Below, piece after piece: positions 1 through 10,300 of a stretch of DNA of 23,334 nt. Source of the DNA: an uncultured bacterium (lineage in GTDB: Bacteria; Zhuqueibacterota; QNDG01; CAYUAG01); NCBI GenBank assembly GCA_964554015.1, contig CAZKMO010000043.1, positions 1 through 23,334 on the forward strand, in the 5' to 3' direction. Position numbers and translations under genes: made by a program. The notes under the pieces are model-generated. The model saw only the letters and a list, made by a program, of their open reading frames with translations, had not been told where the DNA came from and did no database searches. The first letter of the stretch is position 1, and each line of letters starts with the position of its first letter.

Positions 1-165
1 TCTGACATTGTTATACCCATTCTGTTTCCACTCGTTGACGATGGTCTGCATTTCCCTTCCGCGAATATTAAAAATCTTCAATGTGACAAAACAGGATTCG
101 GAGAGATCGTATGAAATGGTCGTTACCGGATTAAATGGATTAGGATAATTCTGGTACAATGCATA
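1..165 (-). other. T9SS (Por) C-terminal sorting domain of the partial gene above
   Basis: [18 protein letters not shown]...[15 protein letters not shown] motif. Confidence 0.75.
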
Positions 166-1563
166 TTTTATGGTTTCGTGAGATAGTTTCTCGATCGAAG
201 TATATACAGAAAAAGATACATGTTCGAGATTCGGCGACCAGTTATCCTCATAAACACGGTCGGCCATTTCTGCCACAGCTGCAAGAGGAACTTCGATTTT
301 TGTTCCCGGTATATCAGGATATGCCCAATCACTGATTTGTAACCAATTCAATGGCTCTTCACATGCCGGATTATCAGGAAATCCTGCATCATATTCAGAA
401 TTAATCGATTGTATGTAAGAGAGGTCTGGATTCATCCGAACCCAGAGATGTGACATATTTTTTAAACCGTCGTAGGCTTGATGAATATGAGGTTTATCTG
501 CTGCAGCCTGTACATGATCATCCTTGGAAAAGACCAGCATCACTTTAAGTTGGGGAGTGTTTTGTGAAAGTTTCGTATAATTTTTTGCTGATGTGCGGAA
601 GGGCCAGTGCGACATTGTTTCCTCTATCGTCGCCAGATCAGATGGCCAGTTGTTAATTGTTAAAGCACCGTTATTCAGAAGAGCTTGTGTAAGAGAGACC
701 GAATAGTATCGTTTGTTATCCCACATCGTTGGGCCTTTCCAGCTCAGGATATGATCATCGCCTCCCAAAATCCGGAATACAGGTCGTCCATTTGTCTTCC
801 CGTCCGGAGGATCCCATATCCAATCCACTTCTGAGTAATCTATATTCAACATAGTTGGCGTATAATCATCCGGATAGTTGTAGTAAGGATTAAGAATCGG
901 CTGATTGTAATCGTTCATGTAACCAGCTTCCAGGGTATTCATTTGAGGGATGGTTGGATTTTCTCGGCCTACGAAATACCGAACCTTTGGTAGGAGATTG
1001 CCATGATGCGCCAAAACATTTATTGCACCAAGGCCGGCATGTGAAAAAGCAAAAAGTCCTACATTATCCATAATGACAGGGATGTCAACCATTTCATAGA
1101 TATAGTCACCATTCACATTCGGCAGATCGCCTGAGATAAATCGAATCGCATCACAAAGTGCAGCAAGACAATTGGGTCCACAATAATCGTAGGTTCCTTC
1201 GCTTGATGCGCCCGTCAAGGTGTCCTTTTCTCCAGGCCAAAGGCAAGCTGATTCTATAGCTCCAATCATTGTTTCTGGAATCTGGTTGTTGAAACCGCTG
1301 TGATTCCCAAAAAACGTTCCAACATTTAAGACAATTGGAGCACCTTCGGGATAGCGTGGTGTGAGAGGAACTTTGATACGCACAGCTATTTCACCGATAC
1401 CGGAAGAGTTGATATAAGTAATCCTCTCTCCACCCCGTGGAATCAGTACCTCTTCTTTTTTGGCCTCATCATTCATCTGCCAAATCGATGCTGCTGATAT
1501 TTCTTGAAAAAAGAGATAACCGATTAACAAAAAACTGAATATAATGAAAATAAGTATTTTCAT
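1..1563 (-). CDS. Secreted protein with a T9SS C-terminal sorting domain, possibly alpha/beta-hydrolase-like. The ATG is at 1563 and the C-terminus is cut by the window edge.
   Basis: I checked codon by codon that frame 1..1563 on the minus strand has no stop: 521 codons. The N-terminus [26 protein letters not shown] is signal-peptide-like. The C-terminus ...[56 protein letters not shown] matches the Por/T9SS CTD consensus ([12 protein letters not shown]......V.L.I.N..G). [10 protein letters not shown] motif resembles an AxSxG esterase nucleophile elbow. The supplied ORF track omits it because it has no stop inside the window. Confidence 0.8.
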   Translation of the reverse strand, partial: MKILIFIIFSFLLIGYLFFQEISAASIWQMNDEAKKEEVLIPRGGERITYINSSGIGEIAVRIKVPLTPRYPEGAPIVLNVGTFFGNHSGFNNQIPETMIGAIESACLWPGEKDTLTGASSEGTYDYCGPNCLAALCDAIRFISGDLPNVNGDYIYEMVDIPVIMDNVGLFAFSHAGLGAINVLAHHGNLLPKVRYFVGRENPTIPQMNTLEAGYMNDYNQPILNPYYNYPDDYTPTMLNIDYSEVDWIWDPPDGKTNGRPVFRILGGDDHILSWKGPTMWDNKRYYSVSLTQALLNNGALTINNWPSDLATIEETMSHWPFRTSAKNYTKLSQNTPQLKVMLVFSKDDHVQAAADKPHIHQAYDGLKNMSHLWVRMNPDLSYIQSINSEYDAGFPDNPACEEPLNWLQISDWAYPDIPGTKIEVPLAAVAEMADRVYEDNWSPNLEHVSFSVYTSIEKLSHETIKYALYQNYPNPFNPVTTISYDLSESCFVTLKIFNIRGREMQTIVNEWKQNGYNNVR

Positions 1564-1626
1564 AATCAATCTCCGATTGGATTATTTGTATAACCACTTA
1601 TTAAGCGGTCGAGCATAATTTTTTAA

Positions 1627-1721
1627 AAATTGCTGCATATAGCAAGAAATTGCTGTATGTAGTAATTAAGGATTTCATTTCTTGCTGTATGTAGTTCTTT
1701 TTGTGTTGCTGTATATAGCAA
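1627..1721. promoter_or_regulatory. Array of four direct repeats of a near-palindromic 16-bp motif, TTGCTG-YATRTA-GCAA (arms TTGCT/AGCAA, 6-bp spacer). It lies 64-158 bp upstream of the ATG of the T9SS-CTD gene.
   Basis: Copies are aaaTTGCTGCATATAGCAA (1627-1645), aaaTTGCTGTATGTAGTAA (1647-1665), TTGCTGTATGTAGTT (1682-1696) and TTGCTGTATATAGCAA (1706-1721). Spacings are 20, 32 and 24 bp. The region is intergenic, between the 3' end of the helicase gene and the 5' end of the T9SS-CTD gene. Confidence 0.45.
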
Positions 1722-1926
1722 TTTTTTATCAAAATTTTATATTTATGAGTGAAGAAATATATCCCTTTTTCAAAAATACTAATTTTTAACGTAAAAAAAT
1801 CATTTGGTATTCCCATCTTAGGACACATAATCATCTGTCATTTGGATACTAGTGAAAACTTGAATGTTATATTGTAATTATTTAGTATTAAAATGTCAAG
1901 GGAAAATATAAATATTCAATAAAATT

Positions 1927-4900
1927 TCAAAACAATCCCATCTGCTTATCCTTCTTCTTAGGCTTTCTTTGATAGGTGTCCTGGGAACGTTCGATAAGCT
2001 CTTTTTTGATGGCAGCCAGAAAAGGGCTGGGAGGCATTGGTTTTTGCTGTCCGAAAAGGAATCGCTTTTTAGCGTGGGTGAGATATAAATATTTCTTGGC
2101 CCGGGTCATACTCACATAGAGCAACCGTTTTTCCTCTTCCACATCAGAGGTTTGGGATTTAAAATAGGAGTAAGGAATCAACCCGTCTTCACAGCCGGTG
2201 ATAAACACAGTTTGAAACTCCAGGCCCTTGGAGGCATGCATGGTCATAACCGAAACTGCTTCCGTGTCAGCATTATAGGTATCCATACCGGATCCCAGAT
2301 AGGTAAATTTTAAAAACTCATCATAATTGTCATTATAATTATCCGCACACTCCAGTAATCGTGTTACCACAAAATCATCTGTTATATCAACCTTCTCTTT
2401 TACTATATCTAACAAAAGCTTTATTGTTTTGGTAAGGGAATGCGTGGAGACTGTATTTTTCAGCCACTCAATCTGATCAGGAGAAATTAGATTTTTTGAG
2501 ATCAGCTGTTTTTTAAGAAGAGAATTTTCCGAATGAAATCCCAGTTTTAAAAGATCAATAATTTCCCTGGCAGGTGCTTTTGTGAAGAAGGGATCCTCTC
2601 CGGTAATCTGAGCAGGTATGGAATGATCGGAAAAGGCTTTTTTTATGGCTTCAGTTTGACGCATAGTCCGGCAGAGCACACAAAAATCGGCTAGAGAGTT
2701 AATATCGTCAGGTTCAGCACCCCGGGTGATATTACTGTCCAGGGAAAAGAAACGCAGGCCGCCTATCATATGCTCAATAGTCCTGGCTACAAATTCTGCT
2801 TCACTTTTTTCGGTAGGGTGGGAGGAAATTTGGATATGTACTCCCTGCTGCAAACCCTGTAGTAAATTGCGGTCCGAAGTTGTTACTTTGTTTTCGTGTT
2901 CATATTCGCTTCCGGTAGCAGTGAGAATGTTGTCCGAGGCGGAGAGGATGGTATTGGAACAGCGATAGCTGGTTTTAAGTTTATATACAGAAGCCCGGGG
3001 ATAATCAGTAATAAATTGATTTATAAATCTGGTATCCGATCCTCTGAAGCCGTATATAGCCTGGTTAGGATCACCTACGGCATAAATATTTTTATCTTTT
3101 TCATCAACTAATAGACGAATCATTTGATACTGCGCTTGATTAATGTCCTGGTATTCGTCTATTAATATCCATTTATATTGATTTTTATATTCTTCTAAAA
3201 TGTCTTTATGATGAGAAAATAAATACACTACCTTTTCAATAAGATCATCAAGATCAAATACATTTTCTTTTTTCAGAAGCATTTCGTATTGGTTAATGAG
3301 ATCTTTATTCTCATTATTATCTTCCCTATGTAATAACTGTTTGTCACGAGAAATTGCATAAGAGATTTGTTTTATCTGCTTTTTATCACACTTCAGGTAT
3401 TCCGTAATTATTTTCTTTTTTTCAGAATCGTTAATAATGATAAAGTTTGAATTTCTTCCCAATTTGGAGGCATGGTTTTTTAAGATGGAGTAGCCAAAAG
3501 CATGAAAAGTAGATATGGTGAGCTTATCCGCTACAGATGGGGAAGCAACCTGAGTCTGGATGCGGGTTTTCATTTCCGTAGCTGCTTTATTGGTAAAAGT
3601 AATGGCCAGAATGGAATCAGGAGACACCTGATTTCTTTCCAGTAGAAAGGTAATACGGGAACTGAGAACCCTGGTCTTGCCAGTACCCGGACCGGCGATT
3701 ACCAGGGCAGGGCCGCCGGCATGTTCTGCAGCCCGACGTTGCTCCGGATTTAATTCCTTGAGCATACTATCTTTCTTAAATTCTGGTTTTTGATCATGGA
3801 TTAATTCCGGTTCTGAAGATGTTTCTTGCAGTTTATGATACTCTTCAATATTAAAGTCAAATAATTTTTTTTCTTTAACAGCTGGTTTTTTTTCGGCAGC
3901 CTCGGAACCGAAAAAAGTAGGCTGCTTATTTAAGGTCGCAATCTCCCGTTCAGAAAAAACTTTGATCCGGCCGAATTCACCATCATAGCCTTGGGTAATA
4001 ATCACCTGGCCCCGGCGCATTCTCTTTACTCCCTCTGCTATCAACTCACCTCCCGAGCCAGCCAGCTCGTCCAGGGGTAAATGCAGGAGGATATTAAATT
4101 CAGGGCCTGCTTTTTCCAGTAAGGTGGAATAATGATTGGATACGGTTTTGGACTGGGGGCCCATGCCTGAGATTTCGGCAAGTATTTCCTTTAGCGGTAC
4201 CAGGGAATAGAAGGGAAGCCTATTCTGGGCAGTTTTGAAATCCTCCCGGTCAGAGAGGGCCGCTACTCTGTGCATTACTCCAATAGTGACTTTTTTCCCG
4301 CAAACCGGACAAATTGTTTTATGCTTTAAGGTTTCGGTAGGATCCCAGCAAATATTACACTTTCTATGTCCATCATAGTGATATTTACCTTCCTGGGGAA
4401 AAAATTCTATTGTTCCCAGGAATTTATCCGGATTACCTGATTGTATGGTTTGGGTAATGTTTTTATAGGAAAGGTCGGTATGGAAAAGATTTGCTTCTCT
4501 GCCCAGTTTCTCCGGAGAATGGGCATCGGAGTTGGAAATCAGGGTAAATTTATCCAAAAAGCTACACATCCAGTTCATGGGAGGATCACTGGAAAGGCCG
4601 GTCTCCACGGCATGAATATGGGAAGTAAGATCTTCATAACACTCATCTATGGAATTGAATCCAGATTTCGATCCCAGAGCAGAGAACCAGGGGGTCCAGA
4701 TATGGGCAGGAATAAAGAATATATCAGGAGATGCTTCCAAGCATATCTCCAGTAAATCACGGGAGTCAAGCCCCAGGATAGGCCTGCCGTCCGAAGTTAT
4801 ATTTCCAATGGCATCAAGTTTGTTTTGAATCTTTTCCACGGTGTGAAAATCGGGAGCGAATATGAGATTGTGTACTTTGCGCACCTTATCTCCCTTTTTA

Positions 4901-5193
4901 TAGATATTGCTGATTTCAGCACTCAGTAAAAATCTGGTTTTAGGTGTGGTAATTTGGGAATTTCTAAAGGGGCGGTTTATAAAAAATTCATCTTTGAGAG
5001 TAAAAAGACCCGGTTCAGCCGGCTCAAGTTTTTCTTTTAGTTCTTTTATCCATCCGGGATGAGTGAAATCCCCGCTACCGATCACCTGTATACCTTTAAG
5101 TGCTGCCCAGTAATCCAAGAATTCAGGTTTAAGATTTTTACTGGTAGCAATCGAGTAGTGGGAATGTATATGAAAATCACCTATAAATTTCAT
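1927..5193 (-). CDS. Fusion protein: N-terminal PHP-family phosphoesterase with a Cys4 Zn-ribbon, linked to a C-terminal UvrD/PcrA/Rep-type SF1 DNA helicase
   Basis: 1088 aa. PHP motifs: FIGDFHIHSHYS (HxH), FIPAHIWTPW and LISNSDAHSPEKLG. Zn-ribbon: C279-N-I-C282 ... C295-P-V-C298 (HRKCNICWDPTETLKHKTICPVCGKK). Helicase motifs: I, GPGTGKT; II, LIDEYQD; III, VGDPNQAIYGFRGS; IV, YRCS; V, HASKGLEFQTVFI; VI, RLLYVSMTRAKKYLYL. Confidence 0.85.
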   Translation of the reverse strand: MKFIGDFHIHSHYSIATSKNLKPEFLDYWAALKGIQVIGSGDFTHPGWIKELKEKLEPAEPGLFTLKDEFFINRPFRNSQITTPKTRFLLSAEISNIYKKGDKVRKVHNLIFAPDFHTVEKIQNKLDAIGNITSDGRPILGLDSRDLLEICLEASPDIFFIPAHIWTPWFSALGSKSGFNSIDECYEDLTSHIHAVETGLSSDPPMNWMCSFLDKFTLISNSDAHSPEKLGREANLFHTDLSYKNITQTIQSGNPDKFLGTIEFFPQEGKYHYDGHRKCNICWDPTETLKHKTICPVCGKKVTIGVMHRVAALSDREDFKTAQNRLPFYSLVPLKEILAEISGMGPQSKTVSNHYSTLLEKAGPEFNILLHLPLDELAGSGGELIAEGVKRMRRGQVIITQGYDGEFGRIKVFSEREIATLNKQPTFFGSEAAEKKPAVKEKKLFDFNIEEYHKLQETSSEPELIHDQKPEFKKDSMLKELNPEQRRAAEHAGGPALVIAGPGTGKTRVLSSRITFLLERNQVSPDSILAITFTNKAATEMKTRIQTQVASPSVADKLTISTFHAFGYSILKNHASKLGRNSNFIIINDSEKKKIITEYLKCDKKQIKQISYAISRDKQLLHREDNNENKDLINQYEMLLKKENVFDLDDLIEKVVYLFSHHKDILEEYKNQYKWILIDEYQDINQAQYQMIRLLVDEKDKNIYAVGDPNQAIYGFRGSDTRFINQFITDYPRASVYKLKTSYRCSNTILSASDNILTATGSEYEHENKVTTSDRNLLQGLQQGVHIQISSHPTEKSEAEFVARTIEHMIGGLRFFSLDSNITRGAEPDDINSLADFCVLCRTMRQTEAIKKAFSDHSIPAQITGEDPFFTKAPAREIIDLLKLGFHSENSLLKKQLISKNLISPDQIEWLKNTVSTHSLTKTIKLLLDIVKEKVDITDDFVVTRLLECADNYNDNYDEFLKFTYLGSGMDTYNADTEAVSVMTMHASKGLEFQTVFITGCEDGLIPYSYFKSQTSDVEEEKRLLYVSMTRAKKYLYLTHAKKRFLFGQQKPMPPSPFLAAIKKELIERSQDTYQRKPKKKDKQMGLF

Positions 5194-5456
5194 TTTTATT
5201 AATATGTTTTTTGAAAAATATTTTTTAATACTGATTGCAATATAATCGTCCGAAAGAAAAATAACAAGTAAATTTCAGTCAGTAACGTTATATTTTGAGG
5301 GAAAATTTGACAAGATGAACAGGTTATACAGGATATTAAAGTTTTTTGATAAATAATAAGTAGTAAATATTAATGACAATGTAATATAATTATTAATAAT
5401 CCCATAATCCTATACATCACATACATCCTGCTATCATAAAAATCATGTGAATCTTT

Positions 5457-5858
5457 TTAAATTTCATAAATCAGGTTAAAAAAAATAATGGGAATAAAAT
5501 GTATAAATATGCAGATAAGTAAATGAAGGAATAGTAATATAGAAATCAATCCTTTCAATCCATGCAGCAATAGGAACAAAAAGGTGATACAAATCCAGAA
5601 ACAAGCTCTGGCGATTAACAAGAATAATCCCAGGGAAGAAGAAAGCAGAGTATTGGTATAGAGGAGACCGGATATTCCAAAGAAAAGGCATAAGAAAATA
5701 AGCATTATATTACCAATATAGAGGTATACCCTGGTATTTTCGGTGGGACTTGATTCTTTGATTTTATCCCAGTGTAATAGCCAGGGTATAAAAGCATTAC
5801 TTATAGCGAAGGCAAAGAAATATATGTTTCCAATCTGGATTACTTTTTCTAGAGACAT
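5457..5858 (-). CDS. Hypothetical small integral membrane protein (133 aa, about four predicted TM helices)
   Basis: The ORF sits between two AT-rich intergenic regions and is strongly hydrophobic. I recognise no family. AT-rich DNA readily gives spurious hydrophobic ORFs, so this is a weak call. Confidence 0.35.
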   Translation of the reverse strand: MSLEKVIQIGNIYFFAFAISNAFIPWLLHWDKIKESSPTENTRVYLYIGNIMLIFLCLFFGISGLLYTNTLLSSSLGLFLLIARACFWICITFLFLLLHGLKGLISILLFLHLLICIFIHFIPIIFFNLIYEI

Positions 5859-6156
5859 AGTTTGATTTAATACTGAAGTTTACCTTTGTAAACAAAAACG
5901 GATTTTATGTATTCTTATTAAGGTATGAAAAAATAGGCAATTAAACAATAAATTTAAATGTATTATTAAAAATCTTGAGTGAAGAGTAAAATTCGCTTTC
6001 ATTTTGTTTTTGACTTTCATATATTGATAATTAAACAGGATGCCATAGCAAATATGCGGGCAGAAAAAAAATTGAAACCTATTTTTTTAGGTTACATCGC
6101 TATTAATCAGGCAGTTAAAAACAATAGCCTCAAATTAAAGCAGGTTTTTAATAAGA

Positions 6157-7335
6157 TTGAAAAAATTAACTTCGTACATTGTAAAAACCTTCATCCCTGA
6201 TGGGGAGAATATTCAAAATCAGCAGGTCAGAAGCAGGTACGGTAATCTGGAAGGGTGGATAAGTATTATCAGTAACCTTGTCTTTACCTTGTTTAAGGCA
6301 TTTTTTGGTCTGATTACCGGTTCGTTAGCTCTAGTAGCGGATGCTTTTCACTCCTTTTCCGATGTATTCACTTCCGTGGTCATCATTGTAACCTACCGGG
6401 TATCCAATAAACCTCCGGATAAAAATCATCCCTATGGTCACGGCAGAATGGAAGCTGTGGGCACAGTTATAGTATCATTAGTACTTTTATTAATTGCTTT
6501 TGAGTTGTTAAAAACTGGCTTCCATTATCTTATAAATCCGCGGTCATTATCTGTTTCCTGGTTCATAATTGGATTTTTAATTTTTTCGGTTGGATTTAAA
6601 GAAATACTGGCTCGGATTGCTAATGAAATGGGTAATTTGATAGAATCCGATGTGCTTAAGGCAGATGCCTGGCATCATCGCAGCGATGCTATTTCTTCAC
6701 TTGCAGTGATTATAGCTTTTCTTTTACAGCAGTTCAAAATTTACTTTGGAGACGGACTGGCCACCATCATTATTGCAATTATGATAGGATATACCGGAGG
6801 AGAGTTTTTGCTGAGGGGTATAGATGAACTTTTAGGGAAAGCTGCTCCCCCGGATTTAATTCGGAAGGTAAAAAAAGCGGTTAGAAATTTTCCCCAGGTA
6901 TTTGATATGCATGATCTGATAATCCACCGTTACGGCCAGAATGTCATAGGATCCCTTCATATAGAATTATCCAATCAACTATCTTTACAGACAGCTCATG
7001 CTATAGCAGATAAGGTCGAAAAGAAATTAAAGTCTTTATTTGGCATGCATATAACTGTACATATTGATCCGGTTGATGATAAGGATCCAGAACTGAGAAG
7101 AATTCGAGTTTTTTTAAATAAATTTACAGATAAGGATGAAAGTTTTAATTTTCATGAGTTGAGAGTTAAGAATAAGGCAGGAAAAAAAATTTTAAAAATG
7201 GAACTAACCATTAATTCAAAAAAAAGTGAAGAGTATATTCAAAACCTACAATTAAAAATTCAAAATCAGATAAAAACTAATTTTTCAGATATAAGTATGG
7301 TCAATTGTGAAATTGACCCTGAATATATGTTATGA
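6157..7335 (+). CDS. Cation diffusion facilitator (CDF) family divalent-metal efflux transporter with a tandemly duplicated cytoplasmic C-terminal domain
   Basis: 392 aa. Six-TM core with LALVADAFHSFSD (TM2 metal site HxxxD) and AWHHRSDAISS (TM5 HxxxD). First CTD is ...FDMHDLIIHRYGQNVIGSLHIELS...GMHITVHIDP. An extra ~85 aa repeats the same pattern: NFHELRVKNKAGKKILKMELTI...ISMVNCEIDP. The only in-frame start after the upstream stop at 6136 is TTG at 6157, with no clear SD, so the start is uncertain. Confidence 0.85.
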   Translation: MKKLTSYIVKTFIPDGENIQNQQVRSRYGNLEGWISIISNLVFTLFKAFFGLITGSLALVADAFHSFSDVFTSVVIIVTYRVSNKPPDKNHPYGHGRMEAVGTVIVSLVLLLIAFELLKTGFHYLINPRSLSVSWFIIGFLIFSVGFKEILARIANEMGNLIESDVLKADAWHHRSDAISSLAVIIAFLLQQFKIYFGDGLATIIIAIMIGYTGGEFLLRGIDELLGKAAPPDLIRKVKKAVRNFPQVFDMHDLIIHRYGQNVIGSLHIELSNQLSLQTAHAIADKVEKKLKSLFGMHITVHIDPVDDKDPELRRIRVFLNKFTDKDESFNFHELRVKNKAGKKILKMELTINSKKSEEYIQNLQLKIQNQIKTNFSDISMVNCEIDPEYML

Positions 7336-7343
7336 GGAAAAAT

Positions 7344-10300
7344 ATGAAAAGAGTTTGCTGGATATCTGTATGGTTACTCTTGGCATCATCAATTAAGGTT
7401 ATACCAAGCCCAATAAATAATGACTATAAAATTATTGCCCAAAATGAAAGCAGTTTAACCATAGAGTACAGCCCTGAGTATTTTACTTTTGATACAGTTA
7501 CAGTTAATCATCAAAAATATCTTAAGCCCAATTTTTATCAGGCTTCTTGGGTAAATAAAGCGGGAGAACCCCAGCTGCCGGCAAGAATTTTTACGCTGGG
7601 AGTTCCTCCTTCCGGCAAGGCCACCCTGAATATTCTTTCCCTTGATTATAAAACAATAGACGGCGTGAGAATACTTCCTGTCGCTGGTCTGGAAAAAGAA
7701 GAAGAGTTTTACCGGGAAGTATATGAGGAGGGCGATGCTTATCAGCAAGCATCCCTGATGCCGGAAGAGGTGGCGGAACTTGTTGATCCGGGATTTATTC
7801 GTAATCAACCCGTAATAACCTTGAAAATATCCCCGCTACAGTATAATCCTGTACAGAATAGGGTTTTGCTATATAATAAAATCAAGGTTAGAATCGTATT
7901 TACCGGAAAAGCTGCCGCCTATGCACCAACCAGAAAGAAAACAGGCAGGGAAACTTTATTAGATCGGGGATTATTGAATAATAAACAGGCAAAGAAATGG
8001 CGGATGGCAGAGCCGGTTCTCAAAGCTTCCATACCTACGTCTGGATTGTCCGGTTACAGGTATAAAATTCCCATCAAGGAAGAAGGAATATATAAACTGA
8101 CTGGTAAATTTTTAAGTGATAAGGGAGTGGATATCTCTTCCCTAGATCCTGAAACCATAAAAATCTACAATAACGGGGGTAAACAGCTGCCCCGGGATAT
8201 ATATGCTGAGCGTCCGGATGGCCTGCTGGAAAATCCCATATTAGTTTACGGTACGGAAGATAGCAGTTTTGATAAATCAGACTATATATTGTTTTACGGG
8301 AAAGGCACTTCCGGCTGGGAATTTACTCAAAATCAGCAGGAATATGAACATTACCTTAATATTTATGATGAAACCAATATATATTTCCTGGTATTTAATG
8401 ACGGTACGGCAGGCAGGAGAATGAAAGTAATTGATAATGCGGGAATGACGGGAACGAATAACCTATCCACAGCCAGACAAAAGATTTTTTTAGAGAATGA
8501 TAAGTATAATCTCTTGAAGGCAGGAATAGACTGGTATGGAAATGAATTTTCCCCTAATCAGCCCAGTAAACAATATCAACTACTGTTGGATTATCCGGTT
8601 TTAAACAGCACCCTTGATTTCAAGTTCAAGTTTGTAAGAGGCTCATTACACACTCATCAGTTTGAAATCACCTTGAATCAGGATCAAATTAAGTCTTTTA
8701 ATTTCGGATCCAGAGATCGTACAATCTCTGCAGTATACAACGGCTCTTACCAGCAAGGAGCTAATGAACTGAATATAGAATATCTAACCAAAAATGATGG
8801 GGCCAAGGCCTATCTTGACTGGTATGAGGTAGAATATCCCTGCCAGCTAAAAAGTCTGGAGGGAAAATTGTCTTTTTTTGCTTCCCGGACTCCTGGTATC
8901 TATACCTATCATCTTTCCGATTTTGACCAGCAACCCTTGGTATTGGATATCACCGAGGTTACGGAAGTGAGGCAAATGGCCTTAAGCGCCTATGAAAAGG
9001 AATGGACTTTTAGCGACAGTGTTACTCAGGATAGGATACCCCATTACTATGCCGAGGATGAATCAGCTTATAAAGTTCCTTCCCAATTAACAGAAGATGA
9101 GGCTTCCCAGCTGCGAAATCCATCCCATCAGGCTGATTTATTGGTTATCACCCATGAAGATTTTTATGATCAGGCCCTGCGGTTTGCCTCTCACCGGGAA
9201 CAAAACGACTCAATTTCAGTTTTTGTGTGCGATATTCAGAATGTTTATGATGAATTCAACAGCGGTCTTTTAGATCCGGTTGCCATAAGGGATTTTATCA
9301 AGTATTGCTATGATTTCTGGACAAAAAGCCCTTCCATGCTTCTTTTGTTCGGGGACGGTAATTATGATTACAGAAATATTGAATCAAAAAGTAATAAAAA
9401 CTGGATTCCTCCTTTTGAATATGACGGTACTAATCCTGATAGAGCTCGGGCTACTGATGACTGGTATACTTATGTGTCCGGTAATGATATTTATATGGAT
9501 TTAGCAGTCGGACGATTTCCGGTTCGGACTGTTCAGGAAGCAGAAGCAGTGGTGGATAAAATTATTCAGTATGAAAGTAATCCCGATTTTGGCTGGTGGC
9601 GGAATTTATTTACTCTGGTGGGAGATGATGAATTTGGAGGACCTGGCAGTGATTATGAAGTTACTCATATTAATGCTTCCGAGGATATTGCAGAAAATGT
9701 AATACCTGATAAGTATGAATTAAGAAAAATATATCTCACCGAATATCCGGAAGTGTTCTCCAGAAAACCGGCGGCCCAGACCGATTTCATTGACCAGATA
9801 AATCAGGGAACGGTATGGGTTAATTTTATCGGCCATGGCAATCATACGGATCTTGCTCATGAGAGAGTGTTCGAACGAGATAAGAATATTAAAATGCTGA
9901 ACAATACTCAAAAACTTTGCTTTTTTTACGCTGCCACCTGTCATTTCGGCCAGTATGATATTCCGAATGACCAGAGTGCCGCTGAACTCTTGTTGACCTC
10001 AACCGAGGGCATAGGATCTATTGGTTGCATCGCAGCCTCCCGGGCTTGTAATCCCGATCCCAACGAAGCTTTGAACAAGCAAATGCTGAATAAACTTTTA
10101 AATTCGGATAATCCTCTTCGAGTGGGTGAGGCCTTGGCAATTGCTAAAAATAATAATATTGGTTTTAGTGAAAATAATCAGATGTACATCCTGTTTGGGG
10201 ATCCCTCCATGTATCTGGGAGTTCCCACCCTGAAAAGCGTTATTACTGATATACAACCCGACACCCTAAAAGCCCTGGATAAATTTACGGTAAAGGGAAG

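Noticed and set aside
1627-1721. Are the repeat motifs LexA/SOS boxes (CTGTATATAG resembles CTGT-N8-ACAG) or a CRISPR array?
   Set aside because: The 3' half is AGCAA, not ACAG, so the SOS palindrome is not formed. They are not CRISPR repeats either: the units are short, the spacings are irregular at 20, 32 and 24 bp, and there are no spacers.
1601-1834. 77-aa minus-strand ORF in the intergenic region between the helicase and T9SS genes
   Set aside because: It overlaps the TTGCT-N6-AGCAA repeat array and AT-rich promoter DNA. It has no RBS and low-complexity composition, so it is most likely a chance ORF.
6076-6093. Hairpin AACCTA-T6-TAGGTT followed on the minus strand by a T8 run (terminator-like)
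   Set aside because: The stem is weak (6 bp, 2 GC). No minus-strand gene lies upstream for it to terminate, and on the plus strand it is not followed by a T-tract.
5979-6200. 73-aa plus-strand ORF overlapping the 5' end of the CDF gene
   Set aside because: It is in a different frame from the CDF gene and AT-rich, with no recognisable domain. It probably reflects promoter or leader DNA.
7455-7808. 117-aa antisense ORF inside the C25 peptidase gene
   Set aside because: It is fully embedded antisense to a well-supported gene and has no family features.
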